From: an uncultured Oscillospiraceae bacterium
GTDB lineage: Bacteria > Bacillota > Clostridia > Oscillospirales > Oscillospiraceae
NCBI GenBank assembly: GCA_947599925.1
Contig: CANQFT010000004.1
Location: forward strand, 59,349-123,348
Length of the DNA stretch: 64,000 nucleotides
Direction of reading: 5' to 3'
Shown: one piece after another, positions 57,282 through 64,000 of the stretch
Numbering within the stretch: the first letter of the stretch is position 1
Layout of the letters: the number at the start of each line of letters is the position of its first letter
Position numbers and translations under genes: made by a program
The notes under the pieces: model-generated
The model's input: only the letters and a program-made list of their open reading frames with translations
Told to the model about the DNA's origin: nothing
The model's database searches: none

Positions 57282-57750
57282 ACGACTCGTTCACCAGCTT
57301 GCCCGTCATGTGGTCCACCGTCAGCTCCAGGATCTCGGCCCGGTCCAGGGACCGGGCCAGCTCCTCCTCCACGGACTGGGGCGAGGGGTCGTACTTGAGG
57401 CCCAGCAGGCGGGCGACGTGTTCGCGGCGGGCGGGGTCCGCGACACGGCGGATCCGGCCAAAGAGGATGACGCTCTGGATGTTCAGGGCCCATTCCCCTG
57501 GGCGGCGGAAGCCCTGGTCCATGACGCAGTAGCTCACCCTGTCGTCGGCGGAGAGGGCGTCCAGCTTGTGGCCCTCTCTGGCGCAGTGGAAGTAGAGCTT
57601 GCCGTCCAGGTAGAGGTGGTCCATGGGAAAGCCGTAGGGGTAGCCGTCCTCTCCGTGGACGCTGAGAACGCCGCGGGGCTCCCGCTCCAGCAGTTGGACA
57701 CACTGGTCCGGGGTCAGGGCCTGTTTGGATCTGCGCATGGGTCGAAACAT
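57280..57750 (-). CDS. Pyridoxamine 5'-phosphate oxidase family protein, Nim (5-nitroimidazole reductase)-like
   Basis: MFRPMRRSKQALTPDQCVQLLEREPRGVLSVHGEDGYPYGFPMDHLYLDGKLYFHCAREGHKLDAL closely resembles the MFREMRR..Q N-terminus and core of Nim proteins. Start at ATG 57750 (AAGGAGG RBS). Confidence 0.82.
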   Translation of the reverse strand: MFRPMRRSKQALTPDQCVQLLEREPRGVLSVHGEDGYPYGFPMDHLYLDGKLYFHCAREGHKLDALSADDRVSYCVMDQGFRRPGEWALNIQSVILFGRIRRVADPARREHVARLLGLKYDPSPQSVEEELARSLDRAEILELTVDHMTGKLVNES

Positions 57751-57895
57751 CTGGACGCGCCTCCTTGAAGCATGGTTTTTCTCCATTTTAGCATAAAATT
57801 TTCTCCGGTCAATGACTTTGGCGGGAAAAGCCTTGACTTGCCGGTGAGGGTTCAGGTAAAATTGGAGGTAGAATGTGGAAGAGGGGGCGCGAGGG

Positions 57896-59371
57896 ATGTA
57901 TTACATCGGCGTGGACCTGGGCACCTCGGCGGTGAAACTGCTGCTGATGGACGCCCAAGGGACCATCCACAACCAGCTGTCGCTGGACTACCCGCTGGAG
58001 TTCCCCAGGCCCGGCTGGGCACAGCAGGACCCGGAGGACTGGAAGCGGGCCGTGCTGACGGGGATCCCCAGGCTGCTGGCGGGCTTTGACGCCGGACAGG
58101 TGGCGGGCATCGGCGCCGGCGGGCAGATGCACGGGCTGGTGGTCCTGGACAGGGAGGACCGGGTGATCCGTCCGGCCATCCTCTGGAACGACGGCCGCGC
58201 CGCCGGGGAGGTGGACTACCTCAACGGGGTGGTGGGCAAAAAGACCCTGTCCCAGCGCACCGCCAACATCGCCTTCGCGGGCTTCACCGCGCCCAAGCTC
58301 CTGTGGATGCGGGAACATGAGCCGGAAAACTTCGCCCGCATCGCCAAGATCATGCTGCCCAAGGACTACATCAACTACATACTCACCGGCGTCCACTGCA
58401 CCGACTACTCCGACGCCAGCGGCACGTTGCTGCTGGACGTGGAGCACAGGCGCTGGAGCCCGGAGATGCTGGAGCTCTGCGGCGTGGAGGAGAGGCAGAT
58501 GCCCCGGCTCTTCGAGAGCTATGAGACGGTGGGGACCCTGCTGCCCCATGTGGCGGACGCCCTTGGACTGCCCAGCGGGGTGAAAGTCTGCGCCGGGGCC
58601 GGGGACAACGCCGCCGCCGCGGTGGGGACGGCCACGGTGGGGGACGGGGCCTGCAACATCTCCCTGGGCACCTCCGGAACGGTGTTTATCGCCAGCGACC
58701 GCTTCAGCGTGGATCCCCACAACGCGCTGCACGCCTTTGCCCACGCCGATGGCCGCTGGCACCTGATGGGCTGTATGCTCTCCGCCGCAAGCTGCAACAA
58801 GTGGCTGATGGAGGATATTTTTCACACCGGGGACTACGCCGCCCAGCAGTCCCCCATCACCCCGGAGCGGCTGGGCCGGAACAGGGTGTTTTTCCTGCCC
58901 TACCTGATGGGAGAGCGCAGTCCCATCAACGACACCAACGCCAGAGGCGCCTTTGTGGGCATGAGCCTGGATACCGCGCGAGAGGACATGACCCAGGCGG
59001 TGCTGGAGGGCGTGGCCTTCGCCCTGCGGGACAGTGTGGAGGTGGCCCGGTCCCTGGGGCTCACCGTGGAGCGGAGCATGGTCTGCGGCGGCGGCGCCAA
59101 GAGCCCGCTGTGGCGAAAGATCCTGGCCAATGTGCTCCGGATGGAGCTGACCGTCCCCGTCTCCGAGCAGGGGCCCGGCATGGGCGGGGCCATGCTGGCC
59201 ATGGTGGCCTGCGGGGAGTATGAGAGCGTGGAGGCGGTGTGCAAGGCGCTGGTCCGCGTGGCGGAGACCGTCTCGCCGGAGGCGGAGCTCACAGAGCGCT
59301 ACGAGGCCCAGTACCGCAAGTTCCGGGCCATCTATCCCGCCATGCGGGAACTGTTCCCCAAGCTGCAATAG
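57896..59371 (+). CDS. xylB: Xylulokinase (FGGY family)
   Basis: MYYIGVDLGTSAVK..., GWAQQDPEDW, GGQMHGLV, ILWNDGR, GAGDNAAAAVG, GGGAKSPLW. An in-frame GTG at 57875 with a GGAGG RBS is an alternative start. Confidence 0.92.
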   Translation: MYYIGVDLGTSAVKLLLMDAQGTIHNQLSLDYPLEFPRPGWAQQDPEDWKRAVLTGIPRLLAGFDAGQVAGIGAGGQMHGLVVLDREDRVIRPAILWNDGRAAGEVDYLNGVVGKKTLSQRTANIAFAGFTAPKLLWMREHEPENFARIAKIMLPKDYINYILTGVHCTDYSDASGTLLLDVEHRRWSPEMLELCGVEERQMPRLFESYETVGTLLPHVADALGLPSGVKVCAGAGDNAAAAVGTATVGDGACNISLGTSGTVFIASDRFSVDPHNALHAFAHADGRWHLMGCMLSAASCNKWLMEDIFHTGDYAAQQSPITPERLGRNRVFFLPYLMGERSPINDTNARGAFVGMSLDTAREDMTQAVLEGVAFALRDSVEVARSLGLTVERSMVCGGGAKSPLWRKILANVLRMELTVPVSEQGPGMGGAMLAMVACGEYESVEAVCKALVRVAETVSPEAELTERYEAQYRKFRAIYPAMRELFPKLQ

Positions 59372-59413
59372 GGTCTTATGGACCTGAAAATAAAATAAGA
59401 GGAGGAACAAACT

Positions 59414-60901
59414 ATGCTGACAAACATTCCCCAGGTGAAGTTGGGCCTGATCGCGGTGAGCCGGGACTGTTTCCCCGCCACGCTGAGCGTCAAACGCCGC
59501 GAGAACATCGCCAAGGCCTACACCGGCGAGGACCTCTACGTGTGTCCCATCACCGTGGAGAACGAGGCCGACGCGGTGAAGGCGGTGGAGGACGTGAAGG
59601 CCGCGGGCTGTAACGCCCTGGTGGTGTTTTTGGGCAACTTTGGCCCGGAGACGCCGGAGACCCTGATCGCCAAGCTGTTCCGCTACGACGGCCCCACCAT
59701 GTACATCGCCGCCGCGGAGGGGGACGGGGACCTGGTCAACGGCCGGGGCGACGCCTACTGCGGGATGCTCAACTGCTCCTATAACCTGGGGATGCGGTGG
59801 CTCCCGGCCTACATCCCCGCCTACCCCGTGGGCACGGCGGAGGAGTGCGCCCGGATGATGGCGGAGTTCGTGCCCATCGCCCGGGCCGTCATCGGCGTGA
59901 AGAATCTGAAGATCGTCACCTTTGGGCCCCGGCCCCAGGACTTTTTTGCCTGCAACGCCCCCATCACGGGCCTCTACGACCTGGGCGTGGAGATCGAGGA
60001 GAACTCCGAACTGGACCTGCTGGTGAGCTACAAGGCCCACGTCGGCGACCCGCGCATCCCGGAGGCCTGCGCCGATATGCGCGCCGAGATGGGGGAGGGG
60101 CGGTTCTATGAGGACCTGCTGGAGCGGATGGCCCAGTTCGAGCTGACGCTGCTGGATTGGGCGGAAGAGCACAAGGGCGCCCGCCGCTATGTGGCCTTCG
60201 CGGACAAGTGCTGGCCCGCCTTCCCCAAGGAGTTCGGCTTTGAGCCCTGCTACGTCAACTCCCGGCTGGCCGCCAGGGGCATCCCCGTGGCCTGCGAGGT
60301 GGACATATACGGCGCGCTGAGCGAGTACATCGGCGCCTGCGTCTCCCGCGACGCGGTGACGCTGTTGGACATCAACAACTCCGTGCCCGCCAAGCTGTGG
60401 GAGGAGAAGATCAAGGGCCGGTATGACTACGCGCTCACCGACACCTTTATGGGCTTCCACTGCGGCAACACCCCCAGCTGCAAGATGTGCGCCGACAGGG
60501 CTGTGAAGTACCAGCTGATCCAGCACCGTCTCCTGGAGCCCCAGGGTTCCGAGCCCGACTTTACCCGCGGCACGCTGGAGGGAGACATCGCCGCGGGCGA
60601 CATCACCTTCTACCGGCTCCAGTGCGACAGCGAGGGGCGGCTGCGCTCCTACATCGCCCAGGGCGAGGTGCTGGACGTGCCCACCGGCTCCTTTGGCGGC
60701 ATCGGCGTCTTTGCCATCCACGAGATGGGGCGGTTCTACCGCCATGTGCTCATCCAGAAGCGCTATCCCCACCACGGCGCGGTGGCCTTTGGGCACTACG
60801 GCAAGGCGCTGTTTGAGGTGTTCAAGCTCCTGGGCGTCAGGGACATCGCCTACAACCGGCCCAAGGAACTGCCCTATCCCACGGAAAACCCCTGGGCCTG
60901 A
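59414..60901 (+). CDS. L-fucose/L-arabinose isomerase family protein (FucI-like, substrate unknown)
   Basis: 495 aa with family-like layout (N-terminal Rossmann-like domain; C-terminal FMGFHCGN...FTRGTLEG...FYR core). GAGGAGG RBS. Confidence 0.8.
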   Translation: MLTNIPQVKLGLIAVSRDCFPATLSVKRRENIAKAYTGEDLYVCPITVENEADAVKAVEDVKAAGCNALVVFLGNFGPETPETLIAKLFRYDGPTMYIAAAEGDGDLVNGRGDAYCGMLNCSYNLGMRWLPAYIPAYPVGTAEECARMMAEFVPIARAVIGVKNLKIVTFGPRPQDFFACNAPITGLYDLGVEIEENSELDLLVSYKAHVGDPRIPEACADMRAEMGEGRFYEDLLERMAQFELTLLDWAEEHKGARRYVAFADKCWPAFPKEFGFEPCYVNSRLAARGIPVACEVDIYGALSEYIGACVSRDAVTLLDINNSVPAKLWEEKIKGRYDYALTDTFMGFHCGNTPSCKMCADRAVKYQLIQHRLLEPQGSEPDFTRGTLEGDIAAGDITFYRLQCDSEGRLRSYIAQGEVLDVPTGSFGGIGVFAIHEMGRFYRHVLIQKRYPHHGAVAFGHYGKALFEVFKLLGVRDIAYNRPKELPYPTENPWA

Positions 60902-60914
60902 TCATGGATACAAC

Positions 60915-60949
60915 AAGAGAGCGCGGGACCTTGGTCCCGGCGCTCTCTT
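60915..60949 (+). terminator. Putative terminator after the isomerase gene
   Basis: aagagagcgcgggacc-tt-ggtcccggcgctctctt, a 15-bp stem with one bulge and a weak U tail. Confidence 0.45.
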
Positions 60950-61032
60950 GGCTGTTTGGCGGTCCCGCCCAAGGGTGAATGGGCCGGGGCCCTGCGAGGA
61001 AAAATACACGCGGAGAAAGGCGGGGAAGCGGC

Positions 61033-62703
61033 ATGGACGGGCAGGGACTGGTCCTGTTTTTCGTCAGACTGCTGGCGGGAACAGGGGTATTTTTGGTGGG
61101 CGTCCACCTGTTGACGGCCAACATTGAGCAACTGGCCACCGAGCGCATCCGGGGCCTTTTCAGCCGGACGGCGGACAAGCGGCTGGTGAACGCCGGCGTG
61201 GGCGCGGCGGCCACGGCGCTGATCCAGAGTTCCGGGGTCACCACGGTGCTCATCGTGGGCTTTGTGAATGTGGGCGTGGTGGACCTCTACCAAGCCGCGG
61301 CCATGATCATGGGGGCCAACGTGGGCACCACCGTCACCGCCCAGATCGCCGCCCTCAGCGCCTTTCCCATCACCACCTATGTGCAGGCGCTGATCTTCGT
61401 TGGCATTCTGATGACCATGGTGTGCAAGAGGGACCAGGCCAAGAAGCTGGGCTTCATTCTGGCGGGGCTGGGGCTGATCTTCGCGGGGCTGGGGCTGATG
61501 TCCGAGGCCATGCGGGACAACCGCGAGGGCGTCCAGCGGCTGTTTGAGACGGTGAGCGATCCGTTCTTGCTGCTGCTCATCGGCGTGGCCCTCACCGCGC
61601 TGGTCCAGTCCAGCTCGGCTATCACGTCCATCATCATCGCCATGTCGGTGGCGGGGCTGACCATCGGCACCGGCGGGAACGAGTCCTTGTATATCATTCT
61701 GGGCACCAACATCGGCTCCTGCGTCACCGCGCTGTTGTCCTCTTTCGGCGCGGGGACCAACGCCCGGCGGGCCAGCCTGATCCACCTGATGTTCAACACC
61801 TTCGGCACGGCGATTTTTTTGGTCATGCTGCTGTGCTGGCCGTCGTTCATGGAGGTGACGTTCCAGCGGTGGTTCCCCTCCGCCGCCACCCAGATCGCCA
61901 TGTTCCACACCTTTTTCAACCTCACCTGCACCGCCATCTTTCTGCCTTTCTGCGGCCTGTTTGTGAAGCTGTCGGGACTGCTGGTGCGGGACAGGTCCAC
62001 GGCCGGGCCGGGCACCTTTTTGGACGAGCGGATGTTCTCCTCGCCGGCGCTGGCCATCGGCCAGCTGGAGAAGGAGACCCTGCGGCTGAGCGACATGGCC
62101 ATGGACGCCTTCCGCACGGCCTACCAGTCCTTTGTCCGCGGGGACGAGAGCCTGATCGACCCCGCCAAAGCGCGCATCGGCCAGGCCGGAGAGGTGTACC
62201 GCAACGCGATGAACTACCTGGTGCGCCTGTCGGCCCAGAGCGGGCTGGCCGAGGAACAGAGCATCTCCGACCTCCACAGCAACCTCAGCGACGTGATGCG
62301 GATCGCCGAGATCGCCGACAACCTGACCAAATATACCAGCCGCAGTCTCAAGCTGGGGCAGGAGTTTTCCGGCGCGGTCAAGGTGGAGCTGGGGCAGATG
62401 GTGGACTGCGTGGAGCGGCTCTACGGTGTGACCAGGGAACTGTTTGAAAAGAAGGACTTTCGCCTGCTGCTCCAAGTGGACGAGATGGAGGAGGAGCTGG
62501 ACGGCTACCGCAAGCGGCTGACGGAGAACCACATCCAGCGGCTGAAAGAGGGGATCTGCAAGCCGGAGAACAGCGGCGTGTTCATCAGCCTGGTGTCCAA
62601 TCTGGAGCGGCTGGGGGACCACCTGACCTATGTGGCCCACACCGCCGCCGACGGCGCCGCCCTGGGTCGCGGAGAAAGAGCGAGCGGAGGCGGCACAGTC
62701 TGA
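61033..62703 (+). CDS. Na/Pi cotransporter family protein with C-terminal PhoU-like domains
   Basis: ALIQSSGVTTV and ALVQSSSAITS duplicated Na_Pi_cotrans motifs, plus C-terminal helical PhoU repeats. Start at ATG 61033. Confidence 0.88.
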   Translation: MDGQGLVLFFVRLLAGTGVFLVGVHLLTANIEQLATERIRGLFSRTADKRLVNAGVGAAATALIQSSGVTTVLIVGFVNVGVVDLYQAAAMIMGANVGTTVTAQIAALSAFPITTYVQALIFVGILMTMVCKRDQAKKLGFILAGLGLIFAGLGLMSEAMRDNREGVQRLFETVSDPFLLLLIGVALTALVQSSSAITSIIIAMSVAGLTIGTGGNESLYIILGTNIGSCVTALLSSFGAGTNARRASLIHLMFNTFGTAIFLVMLLCWPSFMEVTFQRWFPSAATQIAMFHTFFNLTCTAIFLPFCGLFVKLSGLLVRDRSTAGPGTFLDERMFSSPALAIGQLEKETLRLSDMAMDAFRTAYQSFVRGDESLIDPAKARIGQAGEVYRNAMNYLVRLSAQSGLAEEQSISDLHSNLSDVMRIAEIADNLTKYTSRSLKLGQEFSGAVKVELGQMVDCVERLYGVTRELFEKKDFRLLLQVDEMEEELDGYRKRLTENHIQRLKEGICKPENSGVFISLVSNLERLGDHLTYVAHTAADGAALGRGERASGGGTV

Positions 62704-62914
62704 CCGGGCGGGGGCCGTTTTTGTCTCCCCGACCGGCGGGTTGGAGCGGGGCAGTGCGGGGCAAGGGCGGGGGCATCCGTTGGATGCCCCCGCTTCATTC
62801 ATCTCCTTGACAAAATGGCAGGCTTCATAGAAACTGCTGACTTACATCTCGGTGAGGTCACACCCGGTCCTTAATATACAAAATATACAAAGTTTGAAAG
62901 GAGAGACACGCAAC

Positions 62915-63286
62915 ATGAAAAATGTGATACCTTTTGTATCGGCCATAGGCACTCAACTCATCGTTTATGTTGACGCGCTGTTCTCTTCACAGCTCCAATC
63001 GGCTTTAAAAGTACACCCATCTTTGTTTTTATTCTTATTGCTCGACATTCTCCCGTATCTTCTTGCTGGCTTGCTTTTATGCATGGCAGGGCCTGCGCTT
63101 ACGACGACAAAGAAAGATCCCAAACAACTGTTGATCCCTATATTCTTTCTGACATTTAATATACTGTTGCTCGCTTTATACTTTTTTGGTATACTTCCCT
63201 TGTCGTCCTCCGCGCTTATACTGCCAATATTACTGATTGGTTACAGCCTTGGCAGACTGATCTATCTACGTTCGCCTAATATATAA
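62915..63286 (+). CDS. Hypothetical small membrane protein (about 4 TM), AT-rich gene
   Basis: GAAAGGAGAG RBS 8 nt upstream of ATG 62915. Hydrophobic 123-aa product. I recognise no family. Confidence 0.6.
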   Translation: MKNVIPFVSAIGTQLIVYVDALFSSQLQSALKVHPSLFLFLLLDILPYLLAGLLLCMAGPALTTTKKDPKQLLIPIFFLTFNILLLALYFFGILPLSSSALILPILLIGYSLGRLIYLRSPNI

Positions 63287-63301
63287 ATGTCTATCCTTAA
63301 T

Positions 63302-63331
63302 GAGCCCCGCCGCGGTTTTGCGGCGGGGCTC
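63302..63331. terminator. GC-rich hairpin between convergent AT-rich genes
   Basis: gagccccgccgc-ggtttt-gcggcggggctc, a 12-bp perfect stem with no clear U-tract on either side. Confidence 0.4.
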
Positions 63332-63379
63332 TGCCGCACCGGGTGCCATTGCGCCGTGATGCCTAGCTTCCTGGCCTGG

Positions 63380-64000
63380 TCATTTTCCCGACGAATGGGA
63401 AGTTGTAAAATGATCTATTACAAATAGCGCGGTGGCGATCACGGCGATGATCGCGAAGGACAGGAGGTCCCATCCATCAAACGGCGAAATGGAAAGAATT
63501 TTCGCGAGACGAATGTTTATGATTATGCATAAGGGGATCGTCAGCAGCAGAGAAACGGCGGCCGCGAGCATGGTTCTCCCCTTTGATTTTCTGAAAATGA
63601 GATAGACGCACCAGAGATACGCGATGGAGTAGAGAGATATTCTGGTTCCGATCGTCAGGATCAGATGATCTCCAACGATCCGACTGATCACATACAAAAA
63701 CGGAACGATCAAAACACTAAGGATAGTCAAAGAGCCGGGGATCCCCTTGCGTCCGTATTTTACAAGCGGCACAAATACCAGCCACGCGAAAAGGATCGCG
63801 GTGATGGGGTATCGCGACCAGGAAAACGTCCCTGATATGGCGATGTCGCAAATGGCGCAGACAACGATGCCCAGGAGCAGAGATCCCGAAAAGGATGCGG
63901 TCCATATATTCTGGAGCGATACCATTTTTGATTTTGTGGACCTCTCCGCGTAGACCAACGCGTTGTCGATGGTCTTCTCCACTTCCTCAGAGGGAGCAGA
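63380..64000 (-). CDS. Hypothetical polytopic membrane protein (5' end may lie beyond the window)
   Basis: The 200-aa track ORF starts at GTG 63982, but the frame stays open to position 64000 (..SAPSEEVEKTID). About 5-6 TM segments. I recognise no family. Confidence 0.55.
   Translation of the reverse strand, partial: SAPSEEVEKTIDNALVYAERSTKSKMVSLQNIWTASFSGSLLLGIVVCAICDIAISGTFSWSRYPITAILFAWLVFVPLVKYGRKGIPGSLTILSVLIVPFLYVISRIVGDHLILTIGTRISLYSIAYLWCVYLIFRKSKGRTMLAAAVSLLLTIPLCIIINIRLAKILSISPFDGWDLLSFAIIAVIATALFVIDHFTTSHSSGK

Noticed and set aside
57809-60796. 995-aa minus-strand ORF opposite xylB and the FucI-like isomerase; likewise 24737..28021 (+), 22502..24721 (+) and 30333..31943 (-)
   Set aside because: All lie opposite genes with strong family signatures and good RBSs. 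None has a plausible RBS or domain content.

Overview
Summary: this is a very GC-rich, gene-dense chromosomal segment. It looks like a spore-forming Clostridia-type Firmicute, based on the ytfJ/DUF2953/scpAB/site-2 protease cluster, the ispH-rpsA fusion, and T-box control of aminoacyl-tRNA genes. That taxonomic call is inference only.

Nearly all of the window is housekeeping:
- alaS, with a T-box leader
- recR and rpe
- ilvA
- a telA-TPM pair
- a livJHMGF-type ABC operon
- leuCDB
- an orphan eutH-eutQ pair
- the dgt-dnaG-rpoD-radC operon
- yigZ-hflX and rpmE
- a T-box-controlled aspS(archaeal-type)-gatCAB operon
- sfsA
- a five-gene tRNA operon (Val-Asp-Phe-Gly-Cys)
- a T-box(UGG)-controlled ABC importer
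- pcrA
- cmk-plsC-ispH/rpsA
- an RpiR regulator coupled to an HI0933-type flavoprotein
- rluB and dacB
- citrate synthase
- a Nim-like protein
- xylB plus a FucI-like isomerase
- a Na/Pi symporter

I found no rRNA, CRISPR array, transposase, integrase, phage gene or recognisable defence system. I cannot point to a clear novel multi-gene system.

The signals that ordinary annotation does not explain are:
1. A near-perfect 219-bp tandem duplication of the alaS 3' end plus its terminator, lying exactly on a GC-content boundary.
2. A cluster of direct and inverted tRNA-Gly fragments just downstream of the intact tRNA-Gly gene.
3. Nested in-frame tandem repeats inside the HI0933 flavoprotein gene.
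4. AT-richer segments at both window edges, which encode uncharacterised or VanZ-like membrane proteins.

Many long ORFs in the supplied track are antisense or out-of-frame artefacts of the high GC content and were rejected. Where the track ORF carried an implausible N-terminal extension, I refined the start by eye using RBS spacing and family N-termini.
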